DNA of 64,000 bases from Marsupella aquatica (Eukaryota > Plantae > Marchantiophyta). Both the position numbers and the translations under genes were made by a program. The DNA lies in contig OZ316897.1 in NCBI GenBank assembly GCA_973895155.1, forward strand, positions 20,029,224 through 20,093,223, written 5' to 3'. Under the pieces are notes generated by a model that was given only the letters and a program-made list of their open reading frames with translations, had not been told where the DNA came from and did not search any database. Shown in pieces: positions 1 to 12,035 of the stretch; position 1 is the stretch's first letter; each line of letters begins with the position of its first letter.

Positions 1-84
1 CTCTAATTAAGCCTCATAGGTAGACTCCTCCTTGTGAGTTGTGACTCATAGGTAGGTAGACTGCTCCTATATTATTCTAAGTCT

Positions 85-283
85 GGGTACTGTAGTTGAC
101 TCTTGCTACGCCAATTTACTGGTCCCCTGAAATGCAAATGAAATACTGAAGATACCCTTCCATAGAAAGTCCGTAATCAGCGTCTCTAAATCAATCAGGT
201 GAGTGCGGCATCTTTTGGTAGAAGAGTCCAAAATCCACAGTGCCTTCGATGTAGCAAATGATATGTTTGGTGGCATCTAAGTG
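85..283 (-). mobile_element. Ty1/Copia pol remnant (RT C-terminus / RNase H start), downstream of the CRE insertion
   Basis: Minus strand reads HLDATKHIICYIEGTVDFGLFY, then DADYG and GPVNWRSKSQ. These match the Copia motifs HxxAxKRILRYLKGT..GL.Y, D.D.A and G.ISW.SK.Q. Frameshifts and stops are present. Confidence 0.75.
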
Positions 284-370
284 AAATATACACATACGTT
301 TTACAGAAAAAGGCCAAATAGAGTACAAAAGAATAAACAAGAGAGGTCCCAAGTGGACAAAACCAAACGC

Positions 371-469
371 AAAAGAAGTGAGCAAAAGGAAACCCTAAAA
401 ACCAAGAAAGAGGAACTAAAAGAAGTGAGCAAAAGGAAACCCCTAAAAACCAAGAAAGAGGAACTAAAA
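371..469. repeat. ~48-bp tandem duplication in the CRE 3' UTR
   Basis: aaaagaagtgagcaaaaggaaacc(c)taaaaaccaagaaagaggaact occurs twice. Confidence 0.85.
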
Positions 470-521
470 CTACCGCAAATGGACCAAGGTCCTCAACATA
501 CCTAGCAAAAGTGGCAATAAG

Positions 522-1040
522 CTAGTGGTCTACATCAAGCGTCGAAACTAGATCGGCAAGTGGGACAGGAATATCCTCTAGGAGGGCTAGCCGCTGCGGA
601 GTCACACTAGCACCCACTGTCAGAGATCGACGATAGATGGCCCGAGCTTGAGCACGCTGTAAGGTGACTGAAATGCGTTGGCAAAAGTGCATGGTCAAAA
701 TAGATAGCGGGGGCCCGGTGGGACCCATCCGGCCGTGAACATCCCGAGTAGCTTGGCGAAGAAGCCCGTCAAACTGATGATGGAGACGCCCAAATATCTC
801 AAGAGCAAGGGGCAGGAAGCTATCAGATGAAGCGCGTGTAGCATATTTGGCCTCCTTCGTTGTTGTTGCTCGTGATGCTGCTGCCCCTGCCGTTGTTGCC
901 GTTGTCCCAATGATGTCTTGGCGCAATGGGTTTGCCACCACTACATCTGCCAAAGTACGATGACCTTCACGGACCATGGTAAGATCCACCCATAACCGCT
1001 ATGATGGAGGACCAGGTAACTCGAGCACCACCTCCCGCCG
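522..1040 (-). pseudogene. Restriction-like endonuclease (PD-D/ExK) C-terminal domain of the CRE element, out of frame with the RT
   Basis: RREVVL...*RLWVDLT...LADVVVANP...KEAKY...FLPLALEIFGRL...QRISVTLQRAQA is the RLE domain pattern. There is an in-frame TAG at ~999-1001, a frame change relative to the RT, and the expected CCHC knuckle is missing. Confidence 0.8.
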
Positions 1041-3423
1041 CGCACAGACCAAAGAGCCAGAGAAACTCCGCTGAAGACATCCGCAGGTGAGGAATGATTG
1101 GATTGGCCTGAAGCCAGCCTCCTGCGCCCTTCCCTCTGGAAGAAAGAATCCGAGCTCGGTCCGTGTCAGGTGCCTCGGTGAGGATGCTGGAAAGGGTGAA
1201 AGCGTGCATACGCCCAGCAAGGTCTGCCTGAAGACGAACGGGGTCCAAGGATAAAAACTCCTGGAATGAAGGTAATGCAACTCGAACAGGATCGGGTAAT
1301 GATGACAGCGCCGTGCGTAAATGAACCTGAAATGGGAGGGAACCCTCCTCCACCTCCATGAGAGACGAAAGTAAAAAAGGTCGATCCTCCGTAAGGAAAC
1401 GATCTGCCAACAATGAGAAGGCGGCCGCCCACGCGCCCAAGAAGGCCAAAGGTGCAAGGCGCTCAGTGGAAGTAAGCCCAAAACCACCGTGAGAAATAGG
1501 AAGACTGAGCTGTCGATGAAGCCACGGAGATGAGAGCAAAGTACCTGGCCCTAAAAGAGAGGCCAAAGTCTCACGAATGAAGACATCAAACGCTCGGAGG
1601 TGTAGATAAAGATCCTCGGTAGGGGGATGCGTCTGAGCCAAATAGGACGCACGAGGGTGGATGCATCTCAACAACAACCCAAATGCTGCCTGAGAGTCTG
1701 CTAACTTAGGGAGCATAGGAGTAGGGGCTAAGGCAGCCTGGAGAGCGTCAGCAATGAAAGATGAGCAAAAGGAGGGGGTACCAACTGGGGAGCCAAGGAC
1801 CCGAAGACCGTCGGCTGGACGCAAGAACCTAGGGGGAAGCGCAAGATCAGAGGGTAACCCAGCCGGATTCCATGCACGACTCTTCACCGGCTGAACTCGT
1901 AAACCGAGGCCCAAAAAATGGATGGAAAGGGTGGCGAGGGCAGAAGTAACAGCAACAGATGGACCAATGATGTGGGTGTCATCTGAAAGGGAGGGGAAGA
2001 TACACTGGGGGTGGGCCGCGGAGGCTTCCCGTAAAGCAGTAAAATGGGCAATGGCAAAAAGAGGCCCACCCAAAGGGTCACCCTGACGTGTACCTTCTGC
2101 AGAAGAAAGAGTGGTATACACTCTTGTACAGGTATGATGACTATAGAAGAGGGGGGCCTCGAACCCATAAAAACAACGGACAAAGGGGATAAGGGACTGG
2201 ATGTCTGGATCCGCTGCCCTCAAAGCACGAAAAATTGCTGCCCGAGAAACCGTATTGAAAGCATTGGAGACATCAACCTGGAGGACAACCCAATCAGGGT
2301 GGAGGTCCAAGGTAGCATGAATACCCGCAATAACTGTCTCACAACCGCCAGGAACGCCCACTGCAAACTGATGTGGAGAGAGATGATCCGATAGTGCAGA
2401 GCGATACTGCGATGAAAGTGTGCGAGACACCAGACAAAGAAAAACCTCTCCAATAGCTATGGGCCGAACACCCGGTGAAGACTTAGCCATGGCCAATAAA
2501 CGAGAAGCACTCAAAAGCCGAGAGATGGGAGGAGGCAAACGGCCGGCAGCAATACACTGGCAAAAGGAAAAGAAAACTGGAAAACCAGACTGAGGATCCT
2601 CAGGGGGGAATAAATCACGAAAATGCTCAAAGACATAGCCAGAGGGGCCACCAGCTGTGCAACGCGGAGCATGGAGGAAAGCATAGGTGAAGTGGTCCCT
2701 ACTAAACTGAAGATCCTCCTCAGGCTCAAAATCCTCCACGAACAAAGGGAGCTGATCATAGGGCTGCGGATGGAGATCCTGAAGGGCCGTCAAGGTGACC
2801 TCGCCAGGGGGGGCTGGTGTGGTGGGAGAAAGGGCCTGGACCGCACGACAATATTCACCAGCCTGGGCTAAACGACAAGAGCGACGAAGACATCTATGCT
2901 TTGGAGGATGAGAGTGGCGAGCTGGGTCAGACAAAGCACGGGTAGTAAAGGAACGGGCTCGAAGAAAGTACTCTTCCTGAAGCTGTTCCCAATCTCCCCG
3001 CAGAAAACGATGGATACGGGAGGCAGTCTCACGATGACCCACACGACCACCGTGACTTAGGAGGGTAAGAGTCCACTGTGGAAAAAGCATGAGTAAAGAC
3101 CAATAGGAGACCTCGATAGGATGCGCCAAGATAAGCTGCATGAGTTGCAACAAGGATGATCGAACTAATGGGCGCAACGCTAGTGGGATGTGGTTATAAA
3201 GGCGAGGTCTAATGTACCCTGGATGGTAGGCTGGAAGGGGGTCTAGAGAGCGAACCCAACTCCATGCCTGCTCGGAAGCCGCCAAGGAAGGAGGGGCAGA
3301 GCTAACTGGGTCAAGAGGGGGCTGGGGCTGAGATTGTGCTTGCTGGCAACGTTGGCACCGGCCCCGCCCGCGGTGATGAGGAAGGGAGAGGCCAACCCAG
3401 CCACACTCAGGACAAGTATGCAA
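967..3423 (-). CDS. CRE retrotransposon ORF: N-terminal Zn-finger-like motif plus reverse transcriptase
   Basis: 818-aa ORF with CPEC...HH...C, GVRPIAIGE, DVSNAFNTVSR, GTRQGDPLGGPLF, LSDDTHI (catalytic xxDD), GLRVLGSPVG, QLSLPISHGGFGL and GAGGWL, which are CRE/SLACS-type RT motifs. Confidence 0.9.
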   Translation of the reverse strand: MHTCPECGWVGLSLPHHRGRGRCQRCQQAQSQPQPPLDPVSSAPPSLAASEQAWSWVRSLDPLPAYHPGYIRPRLYNHIPLALRPLVRSSLLQLMQLILAHPIEVSYWSLLMLFPQWTLTLLSHGGRVGHRETASRIHRFLRGDWEQLQEEYFLRARSFTTRALSDPARHSHPPKHRCLRRSCRLAQAGEYCRAVQALSPTTPAPPGEVTLTALQDLHPQPYDQLPLFVEDFEPEEDLQFSRDHFTYAFLHAPRCTAGGPSGYVFEHFRDLFPPEDPQSGFPVFFSFCQCIAAGRLPPPISRLLSASRLLAMAKSSPGVRPIAIGEVFLCLVSRTLSSQYRSALSDHLSPHQFAVGVPGGCETVIAGIHATLDLHPDWVVLQVDVSNAFNTVSRAAIFRALRAADPDIQSLIPFVRCFYGFEAPLFYSHHTCTRVYTTLSSAEGTRQGDPLGGPLFAIAHFTALREASAAHPQCIFPSLSDDTHIIGPSVAVTSALATLSIHFLGLGLRVQPVKSRAWNPAGLPSDLALPPRFLRPADGLRVLGSPVGTPSFCSSFIADALQAALAPTPMLPKLADSQAAFGLLLRCIHPRASYLAQTHPPTEDLYLHLRAFDVFIRETLASLLGPGTLLSSPWLHRQLSLPISHGGFGLTSTERLAPLAFLGAWAAAFSLLADRFLTEDRPFLLSSLMEVEEGSLPFQVHLRTALSSLPDPVRVALPSFQEFLSLDPVRLQADLAGRMHAFTLSSILTEAPDTDRARILSSRGKGAGGWLQANPIIPHLRMSSAEFLWLFGLCAAGGGARVTWSSIIAVMGGSYHGP

Positions 3424-4698
3424 GGGACGTTCGTCTGGGGAGGGAGCAGGGAACGACTGGACAGGAGGTGGGGGGGAACCGACGTGGATGAAGAGGCCGG
3501 AGGGGGATGCTGGAGGGGTGGAGGGGGAATGGGGTGGGGAGAGGAGCCAGGGCGTCGATGGGGTGGGCAGTAGACTGGGGGGACTGGAAGAGCATCGGGC
3601 ATAGGGTCATCACGAAGAGGAGAGAGATCCAATGAAGAAGAGCAAACACGAAGGCGACCACGAGGCGGGGGGGGGAGGAGGAGGGAGAACTGTGTGGGGG
3701 GGCTGGGCGCTTGCCCCGCGCCAACACTCTCAACGTAGACATGACAGGTCGCAACCCGATAAAAGCAAAAGCGCATCAAGAAGCGACAAAAGGCCCAACC
3801 AAGGCATGTGAAAAGAAAGGGAAGGCTATGGAGAGAGCCCACCGCGTCAAAATCCGAGAAACGGCGCCACCGCTAGCCTAGAAAACCGTTGAGCACGTGC
3901 AGGCACAGCCGGGAACAAAGCTGGAGCACTCGTCGATGTGTCCGTTGAAGAGTCGGTGCGAGTCAATATCTCTCCGCTGATTTGAGCGTGCTGCTACAGC
4001 TCCCGAAGATGGTGGAAGAAGAAAGGCAACCACCAATCGGAGGAGAAACATGGCAATATAGGAATGCTCCAAAGCTGATCAAGGGAATCCGTCACCATAA
4101 ATGGAGGAGTAAATCAGAATCGTAATCGGAGCCGAAAGTGGTTGATATGTCACCAAAAGGACCGCGGTAGGGATAGATGTTGCATTCCCGGACAAGAGCT
4201 GGCCAAATCACATGAGAATGCCGGATTCCGTGAACGAGGAACTGCTACAAGACCCCAAAGCTAATTGAAAGTGAGAACGATGGAAATTGAAGAAAAAACG
4301 TGAGAGCTAATCAAAGTCCAATCGGGGCAATAGGAGACCAATTGGACCGCTCTTGGGATCAATCTGATTCTCCCGGAGAAGAGCTATATAAAGCACTTGA
4401 GAAATCTGAAATCCGTGAAAGATTGACCAAGATATGACCGTCGAAAGGAAGACGAAAATTGCAGAAAAACGACGAAAATGAATGTGACCATAAGTATGTC
4501 GATACGGCACCGTTTTGGACGTGTTTTATATCGATTTGATGCGCCTCGACAAGAGCAAGCTAATGCAACTGAGAAAACTGGATTCCGAGAAAAACTGAGT
4601 GCGGGAGGGTAGTCGAAGTGGCACAAAAACTGTGCTACAATCTAAACTCCATAGCCAGGAGCTCAAAGACCTAAGACCTCAAGTCAAAAAAAAAGTGG

Positions 4699-4749
4699 AG
4701 CTTGCCACACTTAGATGCCACACTAAGTGGCATCTAAGTGTGGCAAGCT
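4699..4749. repeat. Perfect 23-bp inverted repeat (hairpin) at the CRE 5' junction
   Basis: agcttgccacacttagatgccac (4699-4721), loop actaa, gtggcatctaagtgtggcaagct (4727-4749). Confidence 0.95.
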
Positions 4750-4855
4750 TGACTTGTGGTTTCAATTCTGCAAAATCTCCTAGCAAGATTGACAGCATAA
4801 TTATATACATAATATCTGGTGAGGTATTGCCATGGTTAAATAAATCAGTCAAATA
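4727..4855 (-). mobile_element. Ty1/Copia RT remnant, upstream of the CRE insertion
   Basis: Minus strand reads LIYLT...NTSPDI...YAVNLARRF...LPHLDA (with frameshifts), matching Copia GSL.YLT.TRPDI.YAV..L.RF...P...H. Confidence 0.7.
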
Positions 4856-7800
4856 AAAAACTAAATGTATTTATTGTTATGTCAATCTCAACTTGATCAG
4901 GACAATAGCTTGCTAAGATCTGAAGGGCATATGCAGTTCCTCTTTTTCGCTGCTCTTGTTTTGTTGAAGAAATCCAAAATCCTCACCTGCTTCCTCATTG
5001 CTAGGAAACTAAAGCCCAGACGAACCTCCACTTTGTCTATGAAGCCCAAAAGGACTGGGAAAGTTTCGATGGCCTTGCTCAGAATATTTAAACTGACTCA
5101 GATACCACTGGTTACACTTTGACTATAATGTGACCTATAAATGGTCTCCTTAGTTACCATTTGCAGCTGGTTTCAATTATATTATTGAATCGATTTCCTC
5201 AGTAAGTTGACAACTTTGAACTTGAAAGACATCAAGACGTCATGCCATTACTCAGGATCACCATGACGTCTTGACTACTTTCTCCCCAAGGTAGTCAAAG
5301 TTGTCAGGCTTTGCAATCCGCAACCGGTTTTTGGGTGTAAAAGTGACAATCGCTTTACACAGTCCATGGGGATGGGCAGGGACAATGTCTTGGTAGATCT
5401 GGGCTTTTATTTCCTTGAATTAGGGACTGGTGTCAAGAAAATTCACTCCAAACATACTTAAGACAACTTACAACTATACAGCCCCGGAGAATCTCACCAT
5501 GGTCCCTGGAATGTACTTGAGAATCAAAACTCAAATACTTGTGTTTGTTGGGGTGTTTTTGGTGTGCTCGTTTTACAAGTTTGAAAGTGTGTACTTTCCA
5601 GTAGTGCCACATGTATTAATTCCATAACGAATGAGCCTGTTTGGCAAAATTAGTAAGTTATTTTTTCTACTTTTCCCACCTAGCTACATACCCCATTTGC
5701 CAGAATTTGACGGACCCCTTAAATCTAGTAAGATCTAATGTTCATAAATAAATCTAAGAAAATATATAAGAAATATATTCAGAATAATAATCTTCCATTG
5801 ACACTATGGGACAAAAGGAAAAACCTTGAAAAAACAGGTTGGTAGGGACACTACGGTTGCGTGGTCCCAGGCTGGTTGACCATTGAGCATCTCACGGGCT
5901 GAAGCCAGTGAACTACTGTAGTGAAGGGACTAGAGGGCTGCTATGAATGGGCTACAGGAGTACACTAGTACAGGGTCTGGGCCCAAGGAGTCCTTTTCAA
6001 ACTACGTGGCCTCGTGTGAGGTTTTTCTCCCTGGAAGGGCCCCATCAAGTCTTTTTCTCTGTCTAGTGTGGGGGAAAAAAACACCCGCTCCATCCAACAG
6101 GGATTCTGGCTGATGTCATCAGGTGGACACTATGGGAGAAAAGTGCCGCTCCTTATATTAAAGCATTGTAAGATACTTTGAGTGTCCTTTAGGCCTTTTG
6201 GATTAGTTAAAGGCTTGGGGCAAGCCACGTAGAATGACTTGCGCTAACGAAAAGGCGGTGCGTGGGAGCTGTGTGAACTGTTTTGTCTTCTTCGCTTCCA
6301 ATAACGTTCTCTTTAGAAAAGATAACGAAGAAAATCCAGTGCACAGAACAGACAGCCTAGAAGGTCTCCTCCATGGCCTGTGTTGCAGGTGGGGAAACGT
6401 GGATCCCAAGCTTCTGATTTGATCTGCGTCTGAAGACAAACAAACAACCCGGCCTGTCAAACTTTACAGCTAAGGGACAAAATATTGAAAAGACAAATCA
6501 ACGGAGAAGGGTGTCCAGAGTGCAGAGAGGACAGCCCCAGAACCTGTTGTGGTGGGGAAATGTCGATGTCCTGTACAGTGCCTTTTCTTACGAGTTAATT
6601 CTCGCTGGTCCAGCTTCTAACTTGTCTCATTCATTAACTTCCAGGCAGAAAAATTCTTGGAGTCTCAAGTCATTTATTCCCTCACCAGCCCAAATTATTG
6701 TGCAGTGCATAATTGTAGGCGAAGCCATGCTATCATTGATTTATGGTGGCTTTACAAGAAGTGGGGGCAGATTCCATTTTGTTATGGTCTCCAAGATCTG
6801 ATCAGAGCCATCCATTTGGCAGAAATTGCAAAGATAAAGCTGCTGGGGCAAGGCAAAGATGTCAGACAAACCAAAAAATGGTTCATGATGGTCGTTATTG
6901 AGACATGTTACGTGTTGGCAAGGCAAAGATGTCATGACTTTATAGTTGGCAAGGCAAACATATCAAAATAAACCCAAAAAAGAACGTTGCAGGAGGGAAG
7001 TTGTTGAGGCATGTTGTGTGTTCTCAGGACCTTATAGTTGACTCAGCCATTTCAAGGCAAGGCAAAATGCTGGGACTGTTTTTCTACAAAAAATAAAACA
7101 ATTAAAACAAACCAAAAATTGTGAAAATAGTTGCCTTCACTTTTGCATTTTAATTTTATTTTGGAAAAAGATATTGCTGTTGTTGTGAGAGCCCAAACTT
7201 GTTGAGGAGAGCAAGAAGTGGGATGGTGAGAGGGAGCACAAGAGAGGTAATGATCCCCAAGGGCTTTGCAGGGTCAAGGGGTGGTCACACAATGCTGTTG
7301 GGAGGGGAACTTATTATTGTTTCCCTCCCCCCTTTTCCCCATTTCTTCACTCCCTTGCCACTTCCTGCCACACAATTAAATAAATAGGAAAAGTGCACCT
7401 TAAAACAAATAGAGAACAAAGGAATAAAAAGCAAAATAATCCATTTCCCTTCCTTCTAAGCTCTTGTACTCTAAGCAAAAACCCCCAAAAGTTTCTCATG
7501 CCATTCTTTCCCAGCATGCCTACTTTGGTATTTGCAGAAAAACATTCTTGGTGATATCACATATCCCCTGTCCGCCTCATAATGGATTCCCAAGTACCTT
7601 GTATACAGTAGTGCTTGGCAACACACCAGAACAATGCAAATGGCCATCTTTGTGTGTGGCACTTGGCAAATTGTTTGGATGATTAGTGAGTGGCAGGTGA
7701 GAACAAACTTTTTGACAGAGTCCAGTTGGGTGGTTTAAATAAATCAAGGTTAGTTCACAATTTTTGTGTATTTTGTGCTTTGGCGCAATAAAACCCACCA

Positions 7801-10800
7801 AAAAATGTTCTGTGATACTGGGTAAAATTTCTGAATGTGTTCTTTGTGTGTTCAGGGAAAACCTCATTTGCACCAAGAACAAAAATGTGTGGCAACTGAT
7901 AAAACTTTTTTACTCTTCAAATTTTGATGTAGATGAGGGTGGTTGGGATGGAATGTAAAGAGCTATGGGATGGAGGAAAGAGGACTATGGGTTGGAGGTC
8001 AAAAGGGCTATGGGATAGAGGGGTTGAAGGACGGCTATGGGTGAAGGGTTGTTGGCAAGCGGGCTATGAGATGGATTTATCTGGTCAATCATGCCAACAA
8101 AAGTCTAAAGTCCAAAGTACAAAGTCAAACAAAAAGTACAAAAGTTAATCACCTTCAGCACTAACGTTTTTATTGTTTTGAGGGTGATGAGCAGGAGAAG
8201 CTGGAGGCAATTGCGTAGTATAGTATGGGTATATATAGTGATGAGCAGGAGTAGCCGGAGGACTGTTGCATGGTGTGCTGGTTGGGAGCCTTAGTGGTGA
8301 GCACAAGTAGCTACTGTACATCATTATTCCATGGTGTTGTATAGTATGGGAGAAGTCGAAGGGCAGGCAGGATTGGCCGCCTGGGTTCTCCTCGTACTCC
8401 CTTTCAGGTTTTTAATAAATATCAAACAACATCCTCCCATTGCAGTTTTCCACCAAAGTTTAGGCGCTTTGTGGTTCAGAGTGCGTGCGTCAATTCAGTG
8501 AATCCCAGGGGAAAAGAAGAGTGAAACTTTGACCGCCCTCGTTCAATTTGTCAGACTCTTTCCCATCGCAGGGAGTTCGCTGCAGTTCATTCGACATAAT
8601 GAGGCCAGAAGTCCTGTGAGTCTGATGAATATGGTGGAACGCTTGAAAATCGCACCTGCAACAACTCATCAAACTAATTCAATGAATTCCGTCCTGCATC
8701 CCAATCATGGACTGAACGAAAGCGATAACCGTCATGAAAAGAAGGACCCTGCAGGTCCAGCGTAGCAGTAGACTGAAATCGCTCACAGCTGCAAAGCTTG
8801 AACACAGAACTCGAGAACGAAAAACCAAACGGAGCTTCCTCAACTTGTCTGTCTCGTCTTCAAGGTACTTGTCAGTCTCTTCTTCAAAGTAATAGACGAG
8901 TCAACGGAAAATTAAAAACTACCAACCACGGCTATGTGCGTTCCTCGTTCCCCTGGTAAAAGGGAAGAATTTCTGCTCCAGATACCACGGACCTACTTCC
9001 TTGAAAAACTAAAGATCCACACAAGTAGGCATTAAGCCTGGCCCCGGCCTCATCCATCCGGTTCAGGTCATAGAAGTGTTACTTTCTGAAACTACAGTAG
9101 CCTACAGCTTTGTACAGGGAAAATCTGTCACGCCCCTTGGCTGGATTTGACAAACCCCCCTCGTGCTCCTAAACGGAGGTTGTGTCGAGTAGATTGAGAC
9201 AATTCTGCTTTCTCTTGAAGAGTTGGCCTGCGACGCGATCTCTGTCCTCAAAATGAACGCGGAGAACAAGTTGAGATCCTTGTATACCTTGCCTTGCACC
9301 TTGCACAACCTAAGTTGGTCTTAGATCTTCCATCTTCATCCTTTGAATGACTGTGGATAATGACAATATATAGAATCCCATTCTAACTGATGGTGGAAGG
9401 AAGATGGCATATGCGCTGTAGGCTTCTTTGGATTTTGTGCCTTTTCCCAAACCCAAATTGGTGTCAGGTCTTCAAACCTCGTCCTAGGAATGATACTGAG
9501 AACAACTGTACAATGGACCAGCTCTCTGTACAGTTCATAGACTTGTGCACCTTGCAATCTCGAGTAGGTCGTTTTGACTAGTGTTTCATTTATTAACTCG
9601 TGTACCACAACTCTTTGTTTTTAACAGGAATGTTTAATCACAGTTTCTTGGTCAACAGGATAAGTCTCGTGTTCTTACTGACTTTTTTAGAAAGGAGGCA
9701 TCTTGCTTTGGTCCACAAGGATCCAATGTGCTAAAAGACCCCACGCTTCTCACTCATGTCCAACTCCCAAGTCCCAACCGACCAAAATGCCCAAAACCCA
9801 GGTAATATTAAAGTGACGACAAAGTCCAAAGCGTAGAGGATCGGTCGCGCAAAAGAGTCAATGGATCGCCGACAAGCCATTCTACGTAAATTGACTTCAT
9901 TGCACACAACTGGAGTCCCTTTTAACTTCAGTGGTGAAATTGTGATCGACACTGTTCTCCATTAGAAGAAGAAAGGGCATCAGAATTTATAAATCAGAGA
10001 AAAACAATGTACAATGAAAGAGAATGAAAGAGAAAGAGTTCCAAAGAGTACAAACACCTAACCAGAAAAAACAAAAGCAAGTGTAACCTTAAAAAAAAGG
10101 ACTAATAAAAAGAGAAAAGTGTCAAACACTACATACATGAAGCAAACATTCGAAACTGCCAAGGAAAAACATGTCACTGTAATTTTATGCAACCATAATA
10201 GCTTTTGACGGTCTAAGGCAATTCAGTCAAGCGCTCTTCTTTCTCATTCCAAAATGGAGTAAATTTGAATTACGCATCACAACGACAGCAAGGATGTTCC
10301 ACAACAAATATTATATCAAGGTTACGAGCTTGGGGGTTAGGCTCTCTATTAGTCTAGATACCCACTTTCAGTTTTATCCTGCCTAGGGAATCAAATAGTG
10401 ATAGTGTCAACTGCTCACCAGTGTTTCTCCTGATCGTTTCTATAAGAGGAACCAAAATTACAGTGATTCAGACCAACCGAGAGACTAAGTTTGTTTAAAG
10501 CATAGGTGTACAACTCAACAAACATTTAAATTTTTGAAACGGCTATAATGGTGAATCCACCTTTCAGATTTTGTCTTATTCAGAGTTTTGGTGTCATATA
10601 TTTTTATTTCAATGTGCCGTATCAAGGGGCAACCTGGGTATCATATACATTTTTAATTAATTTATGGACCCTTTTAATTTTTAGGATTTTGAACTTGTTT
10701 TGGCAGCCCCCTTATAAATGTTTGTGATTTATTAGAGATGAAATGAAAGACTCCACCACCTGAACATTCTCATGAATGAGAGAAATGATTGTGATTGTGT

Positions 10801-11920
10801 CTTAAGTTCCCCTCATGTCTTTCTTTCCTAAGTTTATGGTTTTTATTGAAATGAGTGTCATTCATGAGGACATTCAATTAAGTACACACATTGTAGCATC
10901 CTTGATTGTACTTTTCATTGGTCACTGTGCACCAATCCTTCTAGTTATGTTCTCATAATTTATTTACTTTCAAATCACTACAAGACAAAAATTCAAGCAT
11001 GTTCCCAGATGAGCATGCTATATATACAAACCATCTCACTCTTTACTTGTGATTAGATCTCATTCTTTTGCCTCACAAAAACTAAATGAATTCCATTCAA
11101 ACAGCCAACATGCAAAAAGGGGGCCCCAAATAGGGACACCATCCCAGGGACCAGAGGTCAACTTGCACCAGGAAAGAAGCTAGGCCACCAAAGGAGGCAA
11201 CTAAACAAGTAATTTAGAGAGTACATTCGGAGCAACACACTCCTAAACCGGCCAATGATCAGGTTCCGGCGGGGTTCCTCCCAGTGGGTCCATGCAAGAG
11301 TGTTAACTTTTCAGTCACTCTGCAATCAATCATACATTTTCTATAGTCATGACTTCTCCTCTCCTTTCAACACAGATCATAAAAGTAAAAACTCTCTTAG
11401 ACTTGTGTATTAACACCCTGGTATGGTGGCATATTGGGGTGTAGCCCCATAAAACTTGACCTTAAAGCACTCATGGGAAGGGGCAAAAACATTGAATGTC
11501 CGGTAGCTACAAGCTTGGGGTTAACTTTATTTAATATTTGGGGTACTAGTGCAATCCTAGCTGCCTAATATAAATATTCATATGTTATAAATAATTTTTT
11601 AAGAATATTCTTTATTTTCAACATTAATTACCTAAGTCAACATCTATATATTAGAGAATATTTTATAAAGATGAGTTTGTTATACATTCTTTTACCTCAA
11701 AAATAAGCTTTGAAAACATTTAACTAATTTCCATCAAAAAAATTATTTTGTGTTGGGCATTTAGTACTCTTTCATCTAGAATTTTGACTGTAACCATAGT
11801 TATGGTTGACCTTAGTCGTGGACTAGGTTAGGTTAGCTAGCTTGCACACTGTATCCCAATCAATGTTTGCTTGGATAGAAGGAACTTAGGCTCATTGTTA
11901 CGGAGCCAGACTAGTTAAGA

Positions 11921-12035
11921 GATAGGGAGATATTGTATTGCGAAAACTCGGTATGGCCGACAGACCTAGAGTGCAATAATGCTCTTGTGTATTCCATGGA
12001 TATAACCTCAGTTGAGGTGAACCACATATCTCTCT
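11921..12035 (+). repeat. LTR-like fragment; a diverged inverted copy lies at ~15505-15591
   Basis: atagggaga...tatggccg...gctcttgtgt...cagttgaggtgaaccacatatctct aligns by eye with the reverse complement of 15505-15591, and resembles Copia LTR 3' ends. Confidence 0.45.

Larger units (their letters stand above)
284..4726 (-). mobile_element. CRE-clade (RLE-type) non-LTR retrotransposon, near full length, defective
   Basis: RT ORF plus a downstream REL endonuclease segment, flanked by the direct repeat GTGGCATCTAAGTG at 270-283 and 4727-4740 (TSD). Removing the insert restores Copia LPHLDATKH. Confidence 0.85.

Noticed and set aside
999-3842. Overlapping alternative-frame ORFs inside the CRE element
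   Set aside because: Shadow ORFs of GC-rich coding DNA. The Pro-rich ones at 3243-3842 may be a frameshifted N-terminal extension, but no domain is recognisable.
4560-4680. HDV-like ribozyme expected at the 5' end of some RLE retrotransposons
   Set aside because: The nested double pseudoknot could not be identified by eye; it needs an RNArobo or Infernal search.
5850-10000. Short ORFs in a TE-like region (possible transposase or zinc-knuckle relic, CARCK at ~9300)
   Set aside because: No ordered set of motifs could be recognised; too degenerate to classify.
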